This document shows, piece after piece, positions 1 through 11,600 of a stretch of DNA of 64,000 nucleotides. Numbering within the stretch: position 1 is the stretch's first letter; each line of letters opens with the position of its first letter. The DNA is from the human T2T-CHM13v2.0 reference genome, Homo sapiens: NCBI RefSeq assembly GCF_009914755.1, contig NC_060948.1. One strand, 5' to 3'. Both the position numbers and the translations under genes were made by a program. Under the pieces are notes generated by a model. The model ran no database searches and was not told the DNA's origin. It was given only the letters and a program-made list of their open reading frames with translations.

Positions 1-41
1 TAGAGTGGAATGGAATGGACTGGAAAGCAATGGACTGGAAT

Positions 42-56
42 GGAACTTTCTTGAAT
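42..56. promoter_or_regulatory. Consensus heat-shock element motif A (gGAActTTCttGAAt), repeated once per DYZ1 unit
   Basis: Exact nGAAnnTTCnnGAAn match; intact in 11 of 14 copies by eye. HSF1 binding at this site is inferred, not shown. Confidence 0.5.
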
Positions 57-2314
57 GGACTGGAATCAAACGGAATGGAATGCAATGCAATCAAATGGCA
101 TGGAATAAAATAGAATGAAAGAGAATCAAATGGAATTGAATCGAATGGAATCGAATGGATTGGAAAGGAATAGAATGGAATGGAATAGAATGGACTCAAA
201 TGGAATGGACTAGAATGGAATGGATTCGAATGGAAGGCAAAGGAATGGAATCTATTGGAATGGACTGTAATTGAATGGAATGGAAGGGATTGGAATGGAC
301 TCGAATAGAATGGACTGCAATAGAAAGGATTCGAATGGAATGAAAAAGAATTGAATGGAATAGAACAGAATGGAATCAAATCGAATGAAATGGAATGGAA
401 TAGAAAGGAATGGAATGAAATGGAATGGAAAGGATTCGAATGGAATGCAATCGAATGGAATGGAATCGAACGGAATGGAATAAAATGGAAGAAAACTGGC
501 AAGAAATGGAATCGAAATGAATGGAGTGTTATGGAACGGACTCAAAAGGAATTGAATGTAATAGAATGGAGTGGAGTGGACTCGAATATAATGGACTGGA
601 ATGGAATGAAATCACATGGAATGGGAACGAATGGAATGGAATGGAAAGGAATGGAATCGAATGGAAAGGAATCGAATGGAAGGGAATGAAATTGAATCAA
701 CAGGAATGGAAGGGAATAGAATAGACGGTAATGGAATGGACTCGAATAGAATGGACACGAATGCTCAAATTGAATGGACTCGAATGGAATGGAAACGAAA
801 GGAATGTCATCGAATGGAATTGAATCGATTGGAATGAAATCGCATAGAATGGAGTGGAATCAAATGGAATTGAATCGAAAGGAAAGGAAGCGAATGGACT
901 GAAATGAAATGGAATGGAATTGAATGGAAAGTAATGCAATGGAATAGAATGGAACGAAATTTCACGGAATGGAATCAAACTGAATGGAATCAAATCAATG
1001 GAATCAAATCAAATGGAACGGAAAGGAATTGAATGGAGTAGATTGGATTGGATGGGATTGGAATGAAATGTACTGGAAAGGACTCGAATTTCATGAAACG
1101 GAATGGAATGAATTGGAACGGAATGGACTCGAATGGAATGGAATGTCATGGAATGGCATCAAATGGAATGGCATCAAATGGAATGGAATCGAATGCAATG
1201 GAATGCTATGGAATGGAATGGAATGCATTGGAATGGAATGTCCTCTAATGGAATGGATTCGAGTGGAATGGAATCGAATATAATGGAGTCGAATGAAATG
1301 GAATTGAAAGGAATGGGATCGAATACAATGGAATATACTGGAATGTAATGTAATGAACTCGAATGTAATTGACTGGAATGGAATGTACATGAATGGAAGG
1401 TAATCGAATGGAAAGTAATCCAATGGAATAGAATCTAATGCAATAAAACCGACTCAGATAGAGTAGAATGTAATGGAATGGAGTGCAGTGCAATGGAATG
1501 GAATGGAATTGAATGCAATGGAATGGAATGGAATGGAATGGAATGGAATGGAATGGAATGGAATGGAATGGAATGGGATGGAATGGTATGGAATGGATAG
1601 TAATGGACTGGAGTGAAATGGACTGGAAAGGAATGGACTCAAATTGAAAGGGCTCGAAAGGAATGGAGTCAAATGGAATGGTCTGGAATGGAATGAACAC
1701 GAATGTAATGCAATCCAATAGAATGGAATCGAATGGCATGGAATATAAAGAAATGGATTCGAAGAGAATGGAAACAAATGGAATGGAATTGAATGGAATG
1801 GAATTGAATGGAATGGGAACGAATGGAGTGAAATTGTATGCAGTAGAAGGGAATAGAAAGGAATGCAAGCGAAAGGAAAGGAATGGATTGGAATGGAATG
1901 GAATTCATTGGAATGGAAGGGAATGTAGTGTAATGGACAGGCCTGGAATAAAGTGGAATGCTACGGTCTCGAATGGAATAAAAATGTATGGAATGGAATG
2001 CAATGAAATGGAATCGAATGTCATAGAATGTAATGGAATGCAACAAAATGGAATCCAATATCATTGACTGGAAAGGCTGGGTGTCGAAAGGAATTGACTC
2101 CAATGGAATGGAATCGAATGGAATGGAAGTGAATAGAATCGAACTAAATCGAATGGAATGGAATTGATAGGAACGGAATGGAAAGGAATGCAATGATTTG
2201 GCATGGAATGGAATCGAATGGCATCGAATGGAATGGAATGGAATGCAATGGAATGGAATGTATTAGAATGGAATGAACTTTAATGGAATGTACTCGAATG
2301 GATTCGACTGGAAT

Positions 2315-2329
2315 GGAATGTTCTGGAAG
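2315..2329. promoter_or_regulatory. Consensus heat-shock element motif B (gGAAtgTTCtgGAAg), repeated once per DYZ1 unit
   Basis: Exact nGAAnnTTCnnGAAn match; intact in 8 of 13 copies, with TTC>TTG in the other five. Confidence 0.5.
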
Positions 2330-2594
2330 TGAATGGACTCCAATGGAATGGATTCAAAAGGAATGGAATCGTACGGAATGGAATCTAATGGAATGGAATT
2401 AAATGGAAATGAATCAAATTGAATAGCACGGAATTGAATTGAATGGAATGGAATGCAATGGAATCTAATGAAACGGAAAGGAAAGGAATGGAATGGAATG
2501 GAATGGGCTGGAATGGAAAGGAATCGAAACGAATGGAATGGAATCGAACTGAAGAGACTGGAATGGAATGCACTGGAATGGAAGGGAGTGTAAT

Positions 2595-2609
2595 GGAAGG
2601 TTCTCGAAA
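2595..2609. promoter_or_regulatory. Consensus heat-shock element motif C (gGAAggTTCtcGAAa), repeated once per DYZ1 unit
   Basis: Exact nGAAnnTTCnnGAAn match; intact in 12 of 13 copies. Confidence 0.5.
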
Positions 2610-5600
2610 AAAATGGAATCGAATGGAATGGAATTGAATGGAACGGAATAGAGTCGAATGGAATTGAATGGAATGGAATGGACTAGAGTGAAATGGAATC
2701 GAACCACAAGGAATGGAGAGGAATAGAATGGTCTCGAATTGAATGGAATCGTATGGAATGGCATCAAACGGAATGGAATGGACAGCCACGGAATGGAATG
2801 CACTCGAATGCAATGGAGTCGAAACTAATGGACTGGAATAGAATGGACTCGACTGGTACGGACTCCAATGGAATGGAATCGAATGGAAGGGAATCGAACG
2901 GAATGGACTCGAAGGGAAAAGACTGCAATGGAAAGGTCTCGAATGGAATGGAAATTAATGGAATGGAATGGAATCGAATGAAATGGAGTCAAAAGGAATG
3001 GAATCGAATGGCAAGAAATCGAATGTAATGGAATCGCAAGGAATTGATGTGAACGGAACGGAATGGAATGGAATCCAAAGGAATGGAATAGAATGGAATG
3101 GAATCGAATGGAAAGGACTAGAATGGATATCACTCGAATAGAATGCAATTTAATAAAATAGGATCAAATGTAATGGAATGGAATGGAAAGGAATCGAAAC
3201 GAAAGGAATGGAGACAGATGGAATGGAATGGAACAGAGAGCAATGGTATAGAATGGAATGGAATCATCTGGAATGGAATTGAATGGAATGGAATAATATG
3301 AAATGGAATGGAATAGAATGGAATGGAATGCCCTTGAATTAAATGGACTGGAATGGAATGGACTCGAACAGAGTGGAATGGAAAGTGTTGAGATAGAATG
3401 GAATGGACTCCTTTGGAATGGTCTAGTATGCAATGCAATCGACTGGCAGGGAATCAAAAGGAATGTAATGGAATGGATTGGACTGGAATGCAATGGACAG
3501 GAATAGATTGGAAACGGAATGCAAAGGAATGGAATGGAATAGTATGGAATGGAATGGAAAGGAATGGAGTGGAATAGACTAGAGTGGAATGCAATGGACT
3601 GGAAAGCAATGGACTGGAATGGAACTTTCTTGAATGGACTGGAATCAAACGGAATGGAATGCAATGCAATCAAATGGCATGGAATAAAATAGAATGAAAG
3701 AGAATCAAATGGAATTGAATCGAATGGAATCGAATGGATTGGAAAGGAATAGAATGGAATGGAATGGAATTCACTCAAATGGAATGGACTAGAATGGAAT
3801 GGATTCGAATGGAAGGCAAAGGAATGGAATCTATTGGAATGGACTGTAATGGAATGGAATGGAATTGAATGGAATGGGAACGAATGGAGTGAAATTGTAT
3901 GCAGTAGAAGGGAATAGAATGGAATGCAAGCAAAAGGAAAGGAATGGATTGGAATGGAATGGAATTCATTGGAATGGAAGGGAATGTAGTGTAATGGACA
4001 GACCTGGAATAAAGTGGAATGCTACGGTCTCGAATGGAATAAAAATGTATGGAATGGAATGCAATGAAATGGAATCGAATGTCATAGAATGTAATGGAAT
4101 GCAACAAAATGGAATCCAATATCATTGACTGGAAAGGCTGGGTGTCGAAAGGAATTGACTCCAATGGAATGGAATCGAATGGAATGGAAGTGAATAGAAT
4201 CGAACTAAATCGAATGGAATGGAATTGATAGGAACGGAATGGAAAGGAATGCAATGATTTGGCATGGAATGGAATCGAATGGCATCGAATGGAATGGAAT
4301 GGAATGCAATGGAATGGAATGTATTAGAATGTAATGAACTTTAATGGAATGTACTCGAATGGATTCGACTGGAATGGAATGTTCTGGAAGTGAATGGACT
4401 CCAATGGAATGGATTCAAAAGGAATGGAATCGTACGGAATGGAATCTAATGGAATGGAATTAAATGGAAATGAATCAAATTGAATAGCACGGAATTGAAT
4501 TGAATGGAATGGAATGCAATGGAATCTAATGAAACGGAAAGGAAAGGAATGGAATGGAATGGAATGGGCTGGAATGGAAAGGAATCGAAACGAATGGAAT
4601 GGAATCGAACTGAAGAGACTGGAATGGAATGCACTGGAATGGAAGGGAGTGTAATGGAAGGTTCTCGAAAAAAATGGAATGGAATGGAATGGAATTGAAT
4701 GGAACGGAATAGAGTCGAATGGAATTGAATGGAATGGAATGGACTAGAGTGAAATGGAATCGAACCACAAGGAATGGACAGGAATAGAATGGTCTCGAAT
4801 TGAATGGAATCGTATGGAATGGCATCAAACGGAATGGAATGGACAGCCACGGAATGGAATGCACTCGAATGCAATGGAGTCGAAACTAATGGACTGGAAT
4901 AGAATGGACTCGACTGGTACGGACTCCAATGGAATGGAATCGAATGGAAGGGAATCGAACGGAATGGACTCGAAGGGAAAAGACTGCAATGGAAAGGTCT
5001 CGAATGGAATGGAAATTAATGGAATGGAATGGAATCGAATGAAATGGAGTCAAAAGGAATGGAATCGAATGGCAAGAAATCGAATGTAATGGAATCGCAA
5101 GGAATTGATGTGAACGGAACGGAATGGAATGGAATCCAAAGGAATGGAATAGAATGGAATGGAATCGAATGGAAAGGACTCGAATGGCAATCACTCGAAT
5201 AGAATGCAATTTAATAAAATAGGATCAAATGTAATGGAATGGAATGGAAAGGAATCGAAACGAAAGGAATGGAGACAGATGGAATGGAATGGAACAGAGA
5301 GCAATGGTATAGAATGGAATGGAATCATCTGGAATGGAATTGAATGGAATGGAATAATATGAAATGGAATGGAATGGAATGGAATGGAATGGAATGGAAT
5401 GCCCTTGAATTAAATGGACTGGAATGGAATGGACTCGAACAGAGTGGAATGGAAAGTGTTGAGATAGAATGGAATGGACTCCTTTGGAATGGTCTAGTAT
5501 GCAATGCAATCGACTGGCAGGGAATCAAAAGGAATGTAATCGAATGGATTGGACTGGAATGCAATGGACTCGAATAGATTGGAAACGGAATGCAAAGGAA

Positions 5601-8600
5601 TGGAATGGAATAGTATGGAATGGAATGGAAAGGAATGGAGTGGAATAGACTAGAGTGGAATGGAATGGACTGGAAAGCAATGGACTGGAATGGAACTTTC
5701 TTGAATGGACTGGAATCAAACGGAATGGAATGCAATGCAATCAAATGGCATGGAATAAAATAGAATGAAAGAGAATCAAATGGAATTGAATCGAATGGAA
5801 TCGAATGGATTGGAAAGGAATAGAATGGAATGGAATGGAATGGACTCAAATGGAATGGACTAGAATGGAATGGATTCGAATGGAAGGCAAAGGAATGGAA
5901 TCTATTGGAATGGACTGTAATTGAATGGAATGGAAGGGATTGGAATGGACTCGAATAGAATGGACTGCAATAGAAAGGATTCGAATGGAATGAAAAAGAA
6001 TTGAATGGAATAGAACAGAATGGAATCAAATCGAATGAAATGGAATGGAATAGAAAGGAATGGAATGAAATGGAATGGAAAGGATTCGAATGGATTGCAA
6101 TCGAATGGAATGGAATCGAACGGAATGGAATAAAATGGAAGAAAACTGGCAAGAAATGGAATCGAAATGAATGGAGTGTTATGGAACGGACTCAAAAGGA
6201 ATTGAATGTAATAGAATGGAGTGGAGTGGACTCGAATATAATGGACTGGAATGGAATGAAATCACATGGAATGGGAACGAATGGAATGGAATGGAAAGGA
6301 ATGGAATCGAATGGAAAGGAATCGAATGGAAGGGAATGAAATTGAATCAACAGGAATGGAAGGGAATAGAATAGACGGTAATGGAATGGACTCGAATAGA
6401 ATGGACACGAATGCTCAAATTGAATGGACTCGAATGGAATGGAAACGAAAGGAATGTCATCGAATGGAATTGAATCGATTGGAATGAAATCGCATAGAAT
6501 GGAGTGGAATCAAATGGAATTGAATCGAAAGGAAAGGAAGCGAATGGACTGAAATGAAATGGAATGGAATTGAATGGAAAGTAATGCAATGGAATAGAAT
6601 GGAACGAAATTTCACGGAATGGAATCAAACTGAATGGAATCAAATCAATGGAATCTAATCAAATGGAATGGAAAGGAATTGAATGGAGTAGATTGGATTG
6701 GATGGGATTGGAATGAAATGTACTGGAAAGGACTCGAATTTCATGAAACGGAATGGAATGAATTGGAACGGAATGGACTCGAATGGAATGGAATGTCATG
6801 GAATGGCATCAAATGGAATGGCATCAAATGGAATGGAATCGAATGCAATGGAATGCTATGGAATGGAATGGAATGCATTGGAATGGAATGTCCTCTAATG
6901 GAATGGATTCGAGTGGAATGGAATCGAATATAATGGAGTCGAATGAAATGGAATTGAAAGGAATGGGATCGAATACAATGGAATATACTGGAATGTAATG
7001 TAATGAACTCGAATGTAATTGACTGGAATGGAATGTACATGAATGGAAGGTAATCGAATGGAAAGTAATCCAATGGAATAGAATCTAATGCAATAAAACC
7101 GACTCAGATAGAGTAGAATGTAATGGAATGGAGTGCAGTGCAATGGAATGGAATGGAATTGAATGCAATGGAATGGAATGGAATGTAATGGAATGGAATG
7201 GAATGGAATGGAATGGAATGGAATGGGATGGAATGGTATGGAATGGATAGAAATGGACTGGAGTGAAATGGACTGGAAAGGAATGGACTCAAATTGAAAG
7301 GGCTCGAAAGGAATGGAGTCAAATGGAATGGTCTGGAATGGAATGAACACGAATGTAATGCAATCCAATAGAATGGAATCGAATGGCATGGAATATAAAG
7401 AAATGGATTCGAAGAGAATGGAAACAAATGGAATGGAATTGAATGGAATGGAATTGAATGGAATGGGAACGAATGGAGTGAAATTGTATGCAGTAGAAGG
7501 GAATAGAAAGGAATGCAAGCGAAAGGAAAGGAATGGATTGGAATGGAATGGAATTCATTGGAATGGAAGGGAATGTAGTGTAATGGACAGGCCTGGAATA
7601 AAGTGGAATGCTACGGTCTCGAATGGAATAAAAATGTATGGAATGGAATGCAATGAAATGGAATCGAATGTCATAGAATGTAATGGAATGCAACAAAATG
7701 GAATCCAATATCATTGACTGGAAAGGCTGGGTGTCGAAAGGAATTGACTCCAATGGAATGGAATCGAATGGAATGGAAGTGAATAGAATCGAACTAAATC
7801 GAATGGAATGGAATTGATAGGAACGGAATGGAAAGGAATGCAATGATTTGGCATGGAATGGAATCGAATGGCATCGAATGGAATGGAATGGAATGCAATG
7901 GAATGGAATGAACTTTAATGGAATGTACTCGAATGGATTCGACTGGAATGGAATGTTCTGGAAGTGAATGGACTCCAATGGAATGGATTCCAAAGGAATG
8001 GAATCGTACGGAATGGAATCTAATGGAATGGAATTAAATGGAAATGAATCAAATTGAATAGCACGGAATTGAATTGAATGGAATGGAATGCAATGGAATC
8101 TAATGAAACGGAAAGGAAAGGAATGGAATGGAATGGAATGGGCTGGAATGGAAAGGAATCGAAACGAATGGAATGGAATCGAACTGAAGAGACTGGAATG
8201 GAATGCACTGGAATGGAAGGGAGTGTAATGGAAGGTTCTCGAAAAAAATGGAATCGAATGGAATGGAATTGAATGGAACGGAATAGAGTCGAATGGAATT
8301 GAATGGAATGGAATGGACTAGAGTGAAATGGAATCGAACCACAAGGAATGGACAGGAATAGAATGGTCTCGAATTGAATGGAATCGTATGGAATGGCATC
8401 AAACGGAATGGAATGGACAGCCACGGAATGGAATGCACTCGAATGCAATGGAGTCGAAACTAATGGACTGGAATAGAATGGACTCGACTGGTACGGACTT
8501 CAATGGAATGGATTCGAATGGAAGGGAATCGAACGGAATGGACTCGAAGGGAAAAGACTGCAATGGAAAGGTCTCGAATGGAATGGAAATTAATGGAATG

Positions 8601-11600
8601 GAATGGAATCGAATGAAATGGAGTCAAAAGGAATGGAATCGAATGGCAAGAAATCGAATGTAATGGAATCGCAAGGAATTGATGTGAACGGAACGGAATG
8701 GAATGGAATCCAAAGGAATGGAATAGAATGGAATGGAATCGAATGGAAAGGACTCGAATGGAAATCACTCGAATAGAATGCAATTTAATAAAATAGGATC
8801 AAATGTAATGGAATGGAATGGAAAGGAATCGAAACGAAAGGAATGGAGACAGATGGAATGGAATGGAACAGAGAGCAATGGTATAGAATGGAATGGAATC
8901 ATCTGGAATGGAATTGAATGGAATGGAATAATATGAAATGGAATGGAATGGAATGGAATGGAATGCCCTTGAATTAAATGGACTGGAATGGAATGGACTC
9001 GAACAGAGTGGAATGGAAAGTGTTGAGATAGAATGGAATGGACTCCTTTGGAATGGTGTAGTATGCAATGCAATCGACTGGCAGGGAATCAAAAGGAATG
9101 TAATCGAATGGAATGGACTGGAATGCAATGGACTCGAATAGATTGGAAACGGAATGCAAAGGAATGGAATGGAATAGTATGGAATGGAATGGAAAGGAAT
9201 GGAGTGGAATAGACTAGAGTGGAATGGAATGGACTGGAAAGCAATGGACTGGAATGGAACTTTCTTGAATGGACTGGAATCAAACGGAATGGAATGCAAT
9301 GCAATCAAATGGCATGGAATAAAATAGAATGAAGAAAATGAAATGGAATTGAATCGAATGGAATCGAATGGATTGGAAAGGAATAGAATGGAATGGAATG
9401 GAATTGACTCAAATGGAATGGACTAGAATGGAATGGATTCGAATGGAAGGCAAAGGAATGGAATCTATTGGAATGGACTGTAATGGAATGGAATGGAAGG
9501 GATTGGAATGGACTCGAATGGAATGGACTGCAATAGAAAGGATTCGAATGGAATGAAAAAGAATTGAATGGAATAGAACAGAATGGAATCAAATCGAATG
9601 AAATGGAATGGAATAGAAAGGAATGGAATGAAATGGAATGGAAAGGATTCGAATGGAATGCAATCGAATGGAATGGAATCGAACGGAATGGAATAAAATG
9701 GAAGAAAACTGGCAAGAAATGGAATCGAAATGAATGGAGTGTTATGGAACGGACTCAAAAGGAATTGAATGTAATAGAATGGAGTGGAGTGGACTCGAAT
9801 ATAATGGACTGGAATGGAATGAAATCACATGGAATGGGAACGAATGGAATGGAAAGGAATGGAATCGAATGGAAAGGAATCGAATGGAAGGGAATGAAAT
9901 TGAATCAACAGGAATGGAAGGGAATAGAATAGACGGTAATGGAATGGACTCGAATAGAATGGACACGAATGCTCAAATTGAATGGACTCGAATGGAATGG
10001 AAACGAAAGGAATGTCATCGAATGGAATTGAATCGATTGGAATGAAATCGCATAGAATGGAGTGGAATCAAATGGAATTGAATCGAAAGGAAAGGAAGCG
10101 AATGGACTGAAACGAAATGGAATGGAATTGAATGGAAAGTAATGCAATGGAATAGAATGGAACGAAATTTCACGGAATGGAATCAAACTGAATGGAATCA
10201 AATCAATGGAATCAAATCAAATGGAACGGAAAGGAATTGAATGGAGTAGATTGGATTGGATGGGATTGGAATGAAATGTACTGGAAAGGACTCGAATTTC
10301 ATGAAATGGAATGGAATGAATTGGAACGGAATGGACTCGAATGGAATGGAATGTCATGGAATGGCATCAAATGGAATGGCATCAAATGGAATGGAATCGA
10401 ATGCAATGGAATGCTATGGAATGGAATGGAATGCATTGGAATGGAATGTCCTCTAATGGAATGGATTCGAGTGGAATGGAATCGAATATAATGGAGTCGA
10501 ATGAAATGGAATTGAAAGGAATGGGATCGAATAGAATGGAATATACTGGAATGTAATGTAATGAACTCGAATGTAATTGACTGGAATGGAATGTACATGA
10601 ATGGAATGTAATCGAATGGAAAGTAATCCAATGGAATAGAATCTAATGCAATAAAACCGACTCAGATAGAGTAGAATGTAATGGAATGGAGTGCAGTGCA
10701 ATGGAAGGGAATGGAATTGAATGCAATAGAATGGAATGGAATGGAATGGAATGGAATGGAATGGAATGGGATGGAATGGTATGGAATGGATAGTAATGGA
10801 CTGGAGTGAAATGGACTGGAAAGGAATGGACTCAAATTGAAAGGGCTCGAAAGGAATGGATTCAAATGGAATGGTCTGGAATGGAATGAACACGAATGTA
10901 ATGCAATCCAATAGAATGGAATCGAATGGCATGGAATATAAAGAAATGGAATCGAAGAGAATGGAAACAAATGGAATGGAAGTGAGTGGAATGGAATTGA
11001 ATGGAATGGGAACGAATGGAGTGAAATTGTATGCAGTAGAAGAGAATAGAATGGAATGCAAGCGAAAGGAAAGGAATGGATTGGAATGGAATGGAATTCA
11101 TTGGAATGGAAGGGAATGTAGTGTAATGGACAGGCCTGGAATAAAGTGGAATGCTACGGTCTCGAATGGAATAAAAATGTATGGAATGGAATGCAATGAA
11201 ACGGAATCGAATGTCATAGAATGTAATGGAATGCAAAAAAATGGAATCCAAAATCATTGACTGGAAAGGCTGGGTGTCGAAAGGAATTGACTCCAATGGA
11301 ATGGAATCGAATGGAATGGAAGTGAATAGAATCGAACTAAATCGAATGGAATGGAATTGATAGGAACGGAATGGAAAGGAATGCAATGATTTGGCATGGA
11401 ATGGAATCGAATGGCATCGAATGGAATGGAATGGAATGCAATGGAATGGAACGTATTAGAATGTAATGAACTTTAATGGAATGTACTCGAATGGATTCGA
11501 CTGGAATGGAATGTTGTGGAAGTGAATGGACTCCAATGGAATGGATTCAAAAGGAATGGAATCGTACGGAATGGAATCTAATGGAATGGAATTAAATGGA

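Larger units (their letters stand above)
1901..3961 (+). repeat. Truncated DYZ1 unit (2061 bp), ~1.5 kb short
   Basis: At ~3850-3865, CTATTGGAATGGACTGTAATGG (equivalent to ~252-275) is joined directly to GGAATTGAATGGAATGGGAACGAATGGAGTGAAATTG (equivalent to ~1800-1835). Confidence 0.9.

Noticed and set aside
1085-1098. GAATTTCATGAA (and GAAATTTCACGGA at ~956) as further heat-shock elements
   Set aside because: Spacing or the third pentamer deviates from nGAAnnTTCnnGAAn; at most these are two-pentamer partial sites.
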